Positions 29,013 to 41,400 of a stretch of DNA of 64,000 nt are shown piece after piece. The notes under the pieces were generated by a model. It searched no databases. It saw nothing but the letters and a program-made list of their open reading frames with translations, and was not told the origin of the DNA. The translations under genes and the position numbers were made by a program. Origin of the DNA: the human T2T-CHM13v2.0 reference genome, Homo sapiens; assembly GCF_009914755.1 (NCBI RefSeq), contig NC_060931.1, one strand, 5' to 3'. Position 1 is the stretch's first letter. The number at the start of each line of letters is the position of its first letter.

Positions 29013-31059
29013 TTTAGAAACTCTTCTTTCTGCCACTGTTGACTATGACAAAAGAATGAGTCATAGAGAGGAATGGACTTCTCCCATTCTACTGGGGCAG
29101 CCTGGAGAACACTTGGGCTTCGAAGACCACTTCCCTCTGCTCCCCAGGGCCTTCCCCACTGGCTTCAGAGGCGTGACTGAGGGCAAGAAGGAAGAGCCAA
29201 GATTCTGTCTACATGTGTGTGAGTTCAGTCTCTTTATTTCCAGCATCTTATTTAAAGGCCACATGCCAAGTATCAATAACAAGCTGGGATCATAACAGTC
29301 CTATCCATGCTGTTTTCTAAATTATTGTTTATAGCTTCTTTAATTCTCCATGAAGATGATGAGTCTGTGGAGAATCTTTTTGCAAAGAACAAAAAGCAGA
29401 GATCTCTGCGTAAATTACCAGTACCCAAATGAGATGCCTTTTACCACACAGCCTATTCTGCTCACATGTGTTGTTTTGTTGGGGGAGCCTTTTCTTCCCT
29501 GCTTTTTTGGTGAGTTGCCACCATTTTGTTCTACAGGATCGACAATGTTAATTCTCATATTGTACATTGTGCCATCTCTCCCTGAACTTTATTGATGTTT
29601 TGAAGCAAAACAACCATTTACTCCTCTCCTAAAGATTCCAGTTAATGAGGTGCGCACAGGTGAGCAAGGTGTTTGTATGAAGAAATAAACCCATTAAATA
29701 AAAATTATATGAAGAGATGAGCTAGGAGAAAAGGCATACTTGTGTGTTTGTGTGTATGTGCCTGCGTGTGTCTTAGAGGTGCCTGTCAAAGCTTTCCTCT
29801 CATACACAAAGATAGAAATATGGAAATCAGAATGAAAAATAAGGGGAATTGGGTTTAGAGCAGCCTCTTAAAATTTGTGCTGTTTCCAGGCCCCTTTGCA
29901 GAGCGCCAGCCATTTCCAGGGAGGCACAGTGGTAGCATTTCAGTGCCGTTCTGCTCAGGAAAGACGACCAAACAGCCCTCCTGCCCTCACCTTTGCACAC
30001 CACACATCTCAGCTTCAACTCGCCATCACGGTGGTCCCAGGCACGGTCGCTGCAACATCAGAAGGGCGGCATTTCAGCAAGCATTTGTTTTTGGGGTAGG
30101 GGTAGTGGTAATTACCAGCACATGATTATTTTATTTTGTCTGAATTATTTACAATGGAAGGAAGCAGTTTGGAGGGAAGGGGATATTAGGGAATGAGTTC
30201 AATCCCACTTGCATTGATTCTACCCAGAGCAAGAAGAGCAAGCCTATTGAGAAGAAAAATCACTTCCTTTTCTTCCTCTTTCCTCTCCACCCCTAAGTCT
30301 TAGAAATAAATAAATAATGCAAAGAAAAGCCCTGGGTGGCTGCATGGGAGGGGCCAGTGGCTGGGTGTCTGTGGCCTTCACTGAGGACTCACTTCCATTA
30401 TTACATCGGGTCCTGGGCTGGAGCGTTCAGTGGTTCAATTCTTGCTCCCCAGCACTCATCTTGCATGTTGGTGCATAATGAACACCACGTATGGATTGAA
30501 ATCCCATTTACAGGATGTTCAGTTACGGAACCTGTAATCAGGAGAGGTGGGTTTTAATCCCAGAGGTGTCGTTCCCTTATTGTTTTTTAAATTTAAGATT
30601 TATAGTTCTCCAACTTCCAAAAGAACTTGCTGATGTTTTATAGCAGCAAAGGTGGTGAATGAGAGAAAACAGAAGAGAAGCCATCTGAAGAAAGCAGGAC
30701 ATGTTGATGCTTCCAGGCACCAGAGTGGCCATAACAGTTGGGTAATAGGCTCATGGTTGTGCTTCCATTTCTTTTTTGTCAAATAGGGAAAGCAAACCCA
30801 CCTCCTGCTGTGTGAGGTAACAGGTAGAGTAATGTTTGTGAGAAGAGGCATCCATATCATTTTGGCATGATATTGCATTTCTAAATTTAAAAAAAAAAAT
30901 GTCAATAGAGGCAGAACATCTCATGACCTAATCCCACTGCAAATCCCTGAAGAGAAATACTCACAGAATAGTGCCCTGGCACACTGAAGATGAGAAACTG
31001 GGGCTGCAAGTGCCACCTGAGAGAAATGGGGGTGCTTTTATTCATTTTTTTCTTCAATG

Positions 31060-31950
31060 AATAACTTTTGAATAAAATGTTAACATACTTACCAACTCAT
31101 AATATATATGAATTTTAAGACTTTGCAATAAAATGGATGTCTATGTATCTACCCACCTAAATTAAGAAATATGTAATTACTGGCCAGGTGTGGTGGCTCA
31201 TGCTTGTAATTCCAGTGCTTTGGGAGGCCAAGGAGGGTGAAACTAGCCTGACCAACATGGCGAAACCCCGTCTCTACTAAAAATACAAAAAGTAACTGAC
31301 TGTGGTGGTGTGCACCTGTAATCCCAGCTACTCAGGAGGCTGAGGCAGGAGAATTGCTTGAACCCCGAACGCAGAGGTTGCAGTGAGCCGAGTTCATGCC
31401 GTTGCATGCCAACCTAGGTGACAGAGTGAGACTTTGTCTAAAAAAAAAGAAATATATAATTCCTATCATTGAAACTCCAATAATACCCCTCTTAGTCCCA
31501 AGGTAACCACTATCATGATTTTGTGCATATTGTCCTTCCGCTTTTTAAAAACAAATTTTGCGTGTATTTGAACCATATGCAATTGGAATTATACTGATAT
31601 ATTCTATGAATTGGTTTTCTTCACCTAATATTATGTTTGTGAGATTTGTTCAAGTTGATACTTATAACCTATTTTATTCATTATCACTACGGTTTGCTAT
31701 TTTGTTGTATGATTACTCTAAGACTTATCCATTCTCTTACTGATCATCATCTAGATGTCTCCATTTTTTAAATTACAAACCACATTGCCATGAATATTCT
31801 AATATAAATGTCTTTTGGTACACAGATCTAGGAGTTTCTCCATTGTATTTGCCTGAGAGTAGCATTGCTAGCTCATAAGAAAGGGGTGTCTTCAACTTTA
31901 TTAGATCTTGCCAAGATCTTAGTCCAATCTGTACTCCCAACAGCAATGTT
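31060..31950 (-). mobile_element. Old L1M 3' fragment, split by an Alu
   Basis: AGGTAACCACTATCATGATTTTGTG, ATTATGTTTGTGAGATTT and TACTCCCAACAGCAATGT motifs. Confidence 0.65.
31182..31449 (+). mobile_element. AluS SINE with a left-arm deletion
   Basis: Alu ends intact; TSD aagaaatat(g/a)taatt. Confidence 0.93.
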
Positions 31951-32139
31951 CATGAAGGAACTCAAGAAATTTTTATCAACTATGAGCTGATTCAACTCCT
32001 CGCAACTAAGAGGAAAAGTTAATAGGAAAGAGAGACTGCATGGCTAACAGAAATCCACAGACAATGATGATGGTGGTGATGATTACCGTAATCACAATGA
32101 CATAATGATGATTACCATAATAACAATGACCAGGACAAG

Positions 32140-32370
32140 AACAACAAACCCATAGTGCTTAATATGTGCCAGGCACTGTTCTGAACAGTTCACACATCTG
32201 GCACAGTGCCTGGCACATAGTAAAGACTCATTCAATCTTTACAATTACTCTAAGAGATTTGTACTGTAATCTCCACTTAGCAGGTAAAGAAACTGAAACA
32301 CAGAGAGGTTAAGAAACTTGCTTAAGTTATGGCTGATAAATGTCGAAGCTGGAATTTGAGTGGTTGCTCT
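32140..32370 (-). mobile_element. MIR SINE remnant
   Basis: TATGTGCCAGGCACTGTTCT and GAAACTGAAACACAGAGAGGTTAAGAAACTTGC motifs. Confidence 0.7.
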
Positions 32371-34261
32371 GAACTACATGCTTCGTTAAAAATTTTAATT
32401 TAGTTTTTCTTGGCATTACCATTCATGGACTTTATCTTTTAATTTTATTTTCTTTTTAATTGACAAATGGTAATTGAATACATTTGTGGCATACAATGTG
32501 GTATTTTGATTCACCTATACATTGTCCTTGCTTCATTTTAGCCAATCGCTTATGAGTTCATGCTAAATGAACCAGTAATAAGAGCAGCTACATGACTGAT
32601 GGATGACTGGTCACTCTGCCATTTGAAGTGGGGGACTTACTTTTCTAATCATACTCCTTATTACACACTCTATTTTACAGCTCTCTTCACTGAGAGTTTT
32701 GATTGTATTTAGATTTCATCACAATTTGATTCTTAAGAAGCAAGGGAAAAGCATTCTTTCTCGGATAGCATGGAATTTGGATGACCACTTTGGCTAATGT
32801 AAAAAAAAAATGTGAGGTGTTCTTAAACCAAAACTTCTCAAATCCTAACTTAACGTAATCTACCTGAAATCAATGTTATGGTTACTGGCACTTGACAAGA
32901 CTGGAAGAGAAATAACTTTTCGTAACAGCTCATCTTCACATAGCTAATGATAGGTACCATTGTTTTTTGGGCAAAGTGATGGGGGAGGATATTAACTATT
33001 TCAAAGGTTGTTCAAAATGACTAAAATATAACATAATAATATTGTCATAGGCATATAGGCATAGCTATTTTTGTCATGGAAAACATCAGCAGAAATGAAG
33101 AACCATATGTATATTTATACCTTAGGATCAATAAAACTATATTTTTTGGTCCATATTTTTCAGATTAGTCATTTACGTGGTATCTCTAATTCACAATTTT
33201 CCTCTTCCCTTTTTGTCTGTGTAGACATACATTTGAACAGGGTAGAAAAGTGGTGTTACTAAAACTTAATACTTGGAATCTTTCTTTATGATCTGTCTTT
33301 AAAAGTAAACACATTATTATGATTCATAGCAATGTTCTCAGGATAATAATTTGTTTGTTTGTTTAAAACAGAAATATTTACATGAAAACTCAATACAAAG
33401 TCCAAATAATTAAGCTCTTCCTAAGCCAGAGTAGGCATATTTCATGCTGAAATATGCCATTTTAATGTTGAAAGAAAAAAAAGAAAGTCTTTAAAGATTT
33501 GGCCTGAAGAATAAATTCCAAAATGGGAAACAACACTTGCCCTGTAATGAGATGTAAATCATAACTCTGACATTTGTCTTCTCCTGGTGAATTCAATTCC
33601 TCACAGAAGTACAGAGTGGGAAAGAAAATATTGGAAGTGGGAGTAATAAAGTCAATACAGCAGGCTTCACGTGTATAAATGACACTTTCTTCACAACATG
33701 AGAGTAACAGGCAGACCTGCCTAAGACATATTCCCCTTTTCTAAGAATATTCCTGACTTTAAGGATTTCATCAATGTATTTACTATCTCACATCTCACTA
33801 GTGGGAGGATTACTGGGCTGTGGGACAGCCCCCTTTAAAAAGGCAACTGTTTTAGAGACTGTAAAGAAGCATTGGGCCATTTACATGTGAGCGTAAGTTG
33901 ATTTAATCAGATGGTTTTCCTTTTGGCAGCCAACTGGGAGGGTCTACATTGAGGGATCCAGAGTTCTGAATTTAGGGGCTGAAACAATTGAGGGGAGGGA
34001 AGTGAGGGATGAGTGACACAGAGGTGAGGGGTTAGAGCAACCATGAAGATGCTGAGCTCATGGAGAGAGATATGAGCATTGTTGAAAGCGGGTGAAGAAA
34101 GAGAGCTGGGAAGACAAATTTGGCTTACTTAAAAATGTGCCAGCATCACCTGATGCTAGGCTGTTATTGTTATTTCTCTTAACATTAAGTTGGTTTTGGA
34201 GAGCTAATATGATATTCAACTATGACTTGAAATTTGTTTTTATGGAAAAATGCATTCAGAA

Positions 34262-34685
34262 TGTAGTAGATTGAATAATTGGCTCCAATTCTTTACCCCT
34301 TTGCTTTAGCCTCAATTGAGCAAAGTATATTTTCCTAACCCTTGTCTTTGGCCCATCTATGAAACTTGTTTTGGCCAACCACATGTGGGCAAAAGTGTGC
34401 CAGTCCTGATCTCAGGCCTTAAGAGGCTTTGTCTTTCTCTGCTTGTCCTCTTGTCCTCCTTTGTGTTTCTGCCATCTCCATGAGCTAAGCTTTCCATAGG
34501 TAGCTGTTACCCCTTTAGCTGACCTGCAACTTGAAGCAGAGCTGTGAAGTCCAGTACCAGCTTAAATAACCTGATCTCCAGCCTATGTGCAGATATGTGA
34601 GAACAAATGATAGTTGTTTTAAGTCACTCTGTTTTTTGAGATCGTTTGTTACACAACATCTTTTTGGTCTTAACTAACTGATACA
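34262..34685 (+). mobile_element. MLT1 (H/G-like) MaLR solo LTR
   Basis: TGTAGTAGATTG start, ACTTGTTTTGGCCAA, GGCCTTAAGAGGC, GTTGTTTTAAGTCACT, end AACTGATACA; TSD-like cagaa/cagag. Confidence 0.8.
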
Positions 34686-35269
34686 CAGAGTTCTAAAGAA
34701 CCCTCTTACAAGTGAACTCTTGGAATATAACCGGTTGGTACGTTGAGATTTTCTTGCATTTCAACAAGATCCCTACTCTCTTTTTAATGAGAATTTTTGT
34801 GTGTTTTTTATTTGGTTTCAGCCCACAGTTAAGATAAGAGCATAATTTGTTACATGATCAGATAAAGCTTAACAGAGAGTATGGCTTGTACCTATAGATA
34901 AGCACTCATAGCTATTGCATATAGCAATGGTTTCCAGCTGACTCTGTGAAGTTCTAGGACCTGCAGTGGGTTCTTATAAAGGCCACCTTGGGGTGGAGTT
35001 CCGGCCTCTTCTCCTTCACATAGCTTCAGCCATAGCAGAGCTATTTTTATTTGTGTTGTATACTAGGCTTCCTTGTAAGATTTTGTCTAATTGAAAGGTG
35101 GAAATAAGTTGAAAACCTATAGTGAACCCCTCACTTTTCCTGGGACCCATGGTCTTCCACACATGGGCATGCTATCCTTTTTTGCCTAGCTAGCTAGCTA
35201 GCTCTCTCTTTCCACTTCTCTGCAAAGCTCCTATCCATTCTTCCATATTTCTTCCTTCAACAGATAGGA

Positions 35270-35696
35270 CCAAATTGCCATCCCTTTAAGTGTGGGCTGT
35301 ACTTAGTAACTTTTAATGAGTTGAATGTACAGGAAGTGATGGTGTCTGATGTCCAAGATTTGGAGGACTTTGGGCTATAAAAGGGATTGTGGCATCTCTC
35401 TCTCTCTCTCTCTGTCTCTCTCTTATTCATTAAGCATTATGGGTTTCCTCATTCTGGGGAAAGCCAGTTGACATTTCATGAGAATACTCAAGCAGCTCCA
35501 TGGAAAAGGCTACACGAGAGGAACTGAGCCCTCCTGCTAACAGCCATGTGAGTGATTTTGATTGCAACCTCATGAGAAACCTTGAGCCAGCTCTTGAATT
35601 CTTGACCGACAGAAACTGTGAGGGAAAAAAAAAGTTTGTTGTTTTAAGTTGCTATGTTTTGCAGTAATTTCATATGCAGCAATATATAACCAATAT
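35270..35696 (+). mobile_element. MLT1F-like MaLR LTR
   Basis: GAGGAACTGAGCCCTCCTGCTAACAGCCATGTGAGTGA, ATTGCAACCTCATGAGA, TTGTTTTAAGTTGCTATGTTTTG. Confidence 0.78.
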
Positions 35697-37409
35697 GATA
35701 CCCACTAAAGAGATTCTTTTCTATGATAGTCTTCTGAAATGCCTGTTAATAATTTTCTTCTTTTTTATTGCCCTTAATATGTACGTCGTTTGCAGGATTT
35801 ATTCCACTGCATTACCTATTTACATATCTTTTTCCTCCATTAGACTATGAGATATTTGTATTCTCAGATGTCTGGCACAGTCCTTGGCATCTTACATATT
35901 GGATAAAGAATGAAAAAAATAGCTACTGCACAAGTTGTAAAAATCACTCAGAGAAGAATAAGACAGACAAAGGATAAAAAATAGCCATCTCTATCTTTGC
36001 CAAAGTAATTCTCAATTTTGACCAGAGATTATAAATGACTCAGATAGAGTCAATGCTGTATTTTTCCACCACATGTTGACATATAAACCAGTTCTTTGCA
36101 CTCTTGTTTTAGCAAATGATAAGCATTCCTGCTCAGATGGTGTATCTAGAATAACAGAGTCTATAACTGAGTAGGAGGGGTGTTTTGACTAGGTTTACAG
36201 GTGAACAAGGTGGAAATCTATCACTATCCAAAACAAGCTTTGGATTTATGGTTTTGACCAAGTGTAAACAGAAGGCATATAATTTATCAAGCTGTAGAGA
36301 GCTTTTGGTGGTTTCAGAGGCCAGAGCTATACAGTCAAATCAAAATGGTGGAAGTAGCATCTGATTAATTCCATGTGGGCCCAGCAAATTGGAATGAGAG
36401 CCTTCTGGATATGCCAGGCTACACAGGTCTGAACAATTAGGTATTTAAAATTGAGTTTTAATGATGATGATGATGATGATTTGTGTTTTTATTTTGATGA
36501 TCATCTAAATAATTAGTAGAGGAATATTATGGGTCATCTGGAGGTCAGACAAAAAACTTAGAACTGCCATGTGATTTCGGGTCTCGACTTTATGACTCAG
36601 CATGGCTCACATGCCCCTTAAGTGACAGAGTTTAACTTGTAATGCACTATTTCTCAGATTGGGGTGTGTGCGCTTGTAATTTTAAGGATCTACAAGTTCT
36701 TACATTTGGGAAACAGTGATAGAAACAAGAAATGCTTCCTCGGAGGATGGATTAGTGATATTTCATCTGGGGAGCCAAGCAAGGGAAGGCTTTCTGAGGG
36801 AGCTGGCATCTTAGATGGCCCTCAAGGACAGACCCTGTGTGCCTTCTCTTATCAAGTGTCCACTTAAAGGAACTGCTTGATAAAAATCCCCCGCTTCCAG
36901 AGGCCATTCATTACTCCCTGGTTATTCTTTGAGAGCCTCTGTGTGTTAGTTCTGTTTAATTACAGTGTGCTGCAGACTGAAGAAGGAATGCAAACATTGT
37001 GTGGAGGGAGGCATGAGAAAAGAAAGTGTGGGGCTTCAAGAGGGAACAGGAAATAGTTCAGTTTAACTACAGGTCAGGAGATGCAGGGTGTAGTGGGGCA
37101 TGGGATGCAAGGCTGGCGATGGCCTATTGTGAAGGACAAGGCATTTTTTTTTTCTCTGTGTTTTATCCCCTGTAATTAGGAAGGGAGTGTTTCTGCGTTG
37201 TTTTTTTTTTTTTGCTGGGGTAGTCATTTTATACTGATGGAGATGATTCTGACAAGGCTGCAGATATGTCTGCAAGTCATGACATGCTGACAAGTCATGA
37301 TAATATTGTTGAATAACTATCTTAGCATCATTTTGTTGAAGAGCTCTTGCTTACCTGTAAAGTTTCTGGGCACATGGGAAGTTTTTAATTCATGTATCAT
37401 CTTTGATTT

Positions 37410-37935
37410 TTGTAGAAGACATATTTTTAATGTGTGCCTTGCCTTTGCTGAAGGCTGTAGCTGGGAAGTCACATGTAAACTGCATGACCCTGGTCAGAGC
37501 CCCTTACCCACTCTTATCCCCACCCTGGATGATTAAATCCAACTGGCACCGGACCTTGGGAGAGCCAATCCATTGTCTGGGCTGAGCTAATCAGACTCGC
37601 TCTTGTGGGAATTTGGACACTGAGAAACTGAGAAAGATGAAGATGGCTTTAGAACTGAAAGGTCATGCCAAATTAACCCACGCTGAATGCAGAGAAAGCT
37701 AGTCGAAAGACAGAGGTGAAGAGAGAAGAAGAAAAGCATGGCAGAGGTGAAATACACGTAGAGAGAATCACCCTGATTTCTCATTTTCCAATTCCAATTT
37801 TAGTTCCAATTTGGTCTGCATATAATTTGTTTCCTGTCTGTTTCTAATCCTCTGCAGGATTTCCCGCTGTATTTTTACAGTAAAATCTTCCACACTTAAG
37901 CTTACTTGAGTGGCTTACTTTTTCTTGCATCCACA
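37410..37935 (+). mobile_element. Old ERVL-type LTR (LTR16/LTR33-like)
   Basis: GAGCCAATC...GAGCTAATCAGACTCGCTCTTGTGGGAATTTGGAC and CTTAAGCTTACTTGAGTGG...CTTGCA end motif. Confidence 0.55.
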
Positions 37936-38274
37936 CATGACCTTTCTAAAGTAATGCTGAGTTTGCAAATGAAGCCATTGGTTCTCAAGAGACTGTTGGG
38001 CTGAAGGGAGTAATGTCAGCTCATTAGTTTGGGTGCTAAACCAACTTCCACTCATGAAGCAAGAGGGAGGCATGGATAGCTTCAGCTTATTAATGGGAAC
38101 TCTGGGAAACAAGGTAGCAAGTACAACTTGACCAATGTTGGAAGAGATTCTGCCTCTCAATATGACCAATGATGGGCTATAGACCTCAGCAGTCACTATG
38201 GTCTACGCTGACCACAGCTGAGAATGTTTTGGCAAAGAGCTGAGGTGAGTAAACACAGTGACTACGTATTCTTC

Positions 38275-38426
38275 TACTCACAAAGAAGAATAAAAAATTA
38301 AGAGTTACGTATATATATTATTGAGTTATTATTAAGAGTTACATATATATAAAAAATGCCCATATTATATATTATAAATTTTCTAATATAAATGTAACTC
38401 TTAATTTTTTATTCCTTTTGTGAGTA
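38275..38426. repeat. AT-rich inverted repeat, about 41-bp arms and 70-bp spacer
   Basis: TACTCACAAAGAAGAATAAAAAATTAAGAGTTACGTATATAT versus ATATAAATGTAACTCTTAATTTTTTATTCCTTTTGTGAGTA, a near-perfect reverse complement. Confidence 0.92.
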
Positions 38427-41400
38427 ACAAAATCCTACAGTTGAAGAAAAGAAAAGTCATTGCCATTCTTTCAGGCGTCTGATGAAATCTAAAGCTCTCT
38501 TTGTACTAACTGCAAGATTTAATCAGGAGTGGATAATATGAATGTATCTACCATAATGAATTTCAAGTTTTACTACCTTCAGACATTGTCAGTAACTGCA
38601 TTTCTAGGGTATGTAACTTGTAATTGAAAATCTATGTTTTAGTTCCACCTGTCATTTTTTAAATTCTGTTCAAAGAATGTCTGTTATAAAAATATATTTT
38701 CTATCAAAAGTTATGCTTTAGAGGAAAGGTGTATCATTAGAAATTAGCAATTTCAACATGTTGGTGATTTGGAATTTTTTGGAATAATTTGCTGTTTTTC
38801 AGAGTTGTTGAAATTATACAAAGGGCCTTCATTCTGATAAGTAATGAATTTAGTAAGGATGAGGTGGCAATGAGAAATATTATTTTAAAGTCAACTTCCT
38901 TTGAAATCCTAAGAATCTTCTTTAGACAGACATGCAGCTGGAAATAGCAGGGACTAAACCAACAGGGGATGGAGACCCTGGGGATTTTCTTTGCATTTTT
39001 TCTGGGAAGAAGTTCTGCTCTTCTGACATTCATCTACTCATCTCTGGGAATTCTATTCTTCAAGTACAGAGGCTAATGGCTGCATAATGAAGTTTTGCTT
39101 ATCCTCTCTCTTGCTAGATTTCTTTGAGCATGAATTTTACAAGGAATAACCAAACTGAACCAGAAAAAGGCATTGATATTATGGGATTGCATCAATAGCA
39201 TTGGCTGCTTCATTTCCATTCACTTATCAGACATATTTACTTCTCAGATATTTCCTTAACTGGAATTGACTGTACTATAATTGCCTATTTCTTTGGTCCA
39301 TTGGCTGTTAACCTTGAAGTGACTGGGGTAGGGCTGGCGAGGCCTTCCCTGTCAGGCCTGACCTCTCACTATGCTGGAGAGAGCGCTGCCATGACAACGG
39401 CGACAGATGTCAGCTAAGCAATGTGCACCCTAGAAAGACTCCTGTATTGAGAAAATCGATCTTGTAATGGTGCCACGGAGCACATTCGCTGAACTGCCAA
39501 GTGTTCTAGGCTTAATCATTTATTTCATCTAGCAGAGAGAAGAAAACATAAAAGAAATGAAATGAATTTGACCTCTGTCTTTTGAGTGACTTTAGTACTA
39601 CACTGAATTCTAGCAAGTACCTCTTATGAATTTTAAAAAATTACATTAGGAATAACATTTTGAAGTGAAATGACTCTTGTAATGCCAACCCTCCAGAAGC
39701 ATGTTATTTCAAATGTCAGATACCTAATAGTCATTTGCTGTTTTCTGTGTATGTCTGGGGGTTAGCTCCATCTTGAGTATGTTTCAGGCAAATTATTATG
39801 AAGAAAGCAGGAATGAAGCAGACCAGAGCCTGCTGCTTTGGTTTTCTCCCTTCTTCTTAGCATAAAGCAACTTCTTTTGTGCTGATCATCACAGGGATTA
39901 GCAAGTAGCATAAGCAACGTTTCATATTGACAGCTTTTGAATCCCTCTCAATTTTAGAGTCTTCCAATAGAAAGCTTGTTCTTGTCTCTGTCTCCAGAGT
40001 GAAGTTTGTCTCCCTGACAGTTAATCCTGAGACAGCCTTCCATTGCCTTGATAGGCTTGTCATTCATGCCTTGACACCTCTCATTCATCTGAGTCTGGCC
40101 TGCTGGATATGCAAATGATAGGAGGACTGAAAATCATAATCCTTCAGCCGTGATGGCGTCAACGTCACTATTCTTGGAACAAGCCATTTTGTGAGTAGCT
40201 GGGGAGTGGTGGGAGACTCTAAGCGAGGGGAGGCAGCATGCACTTCTGACCTTTTCATGGCCCAGGTCAGAATTAGATTTTTAAAAAAGCAAATGCCCAA
40301 ACCGAGAGAAACCCTTAAAGCCTAAAGATTGTAGACAAATCTCTCTGATAAGCTTGCCTGTATAAATAAATGTCATTTAGAGTGATTATAGTGAAAAGGA
40401 TCTCTTAAGATTTTCAATGTGATATGTCTGTCTCTTGTGCTGTGGGATATTTTATTGCATTTTTGCCCTCAAGTGGAGCTGACAGGAGCCAAGCTTGTAA
40501 TTTAAATCAATAAGAACCCTTTACCATGGCCATAAAATACTTGGCTAAACCTTTGAAGTGGCCACAGTTGAATGCACAGTGAACACAGTATAAATGTTCC
40601 TTAAGATGTATTGTATGAGACCACTACTAAAACAGCATTCAAAGGAACCGGCCTTAAGCATCTTTTGTGACTGATGGGAGAAGGTCCCAAATGCTTTTGA
40701 TCATTTACGTGCTGCTCCAAACAGCCCACTTAATTGGCATGTGACCCGGCTGCAGCCTTCTGTTGTCTTCTCAGACATTTCCACTGTCTCTTTGGTGGGG
40801 TTTCTGGAATCCGGGCCTCCTTCTAAACCAATAATCCACATCTGACATGCTGTTGTGTCAGTTGCTCCTGTTCATTTCCACTGTAGCAGGGGAAAATAGA
40901 ACAAAGGCTGGTTGTTCAAACCCATCCTGGGAGCGCCGCACAGGCAGTTCAGCAGCACTGCTGGGAAGTGTTCTTTGTGTAACAGCGAAGGCTGAGGTTG
41001 CAGCTTACCTGTTAGTTTCTTTTGGAGCGGCTTGTTTTTGGAGTGGTGGCATTCAGAGAGCTGTCAGACTTCAAAAGGCGGCGTTTGCCTCCCCTCTGCT
41101 TCGCTCTGCTGTCTCCTGCGTCCTCATTGTGTGCCTGGCCCTTCCTCTGGCTCCTTCCTGCCGCCTTTGCCTTTTTTCTGTGAGGATGGGCGGGTCAGGG
41201 TGGATGGATGTTTCCTGACTCTTGTCCTCTGTGTCTCTGTCTCTGTTTGTCCCTCACTCTTTGTCTCTCTCTTGCTCTCAGATTCCAAAGTCTTCCCCAA
41301 TTCTACAAAAACAGTAAATGGCGATCATCTGAATTTGGAATCTGGCTGTGGACAGTCTTGTGTGAGGGACCTCTGGGACGCGCCTGCTCCCCCGGTGGGG

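Noticed and set aside
30053-30072. CTCF-like motif ACATCAGAAGGGCGGCA
   Set aside because: Core spacing deviates from CCASYAGRKGGCRS; too weak to call without ChIP data.
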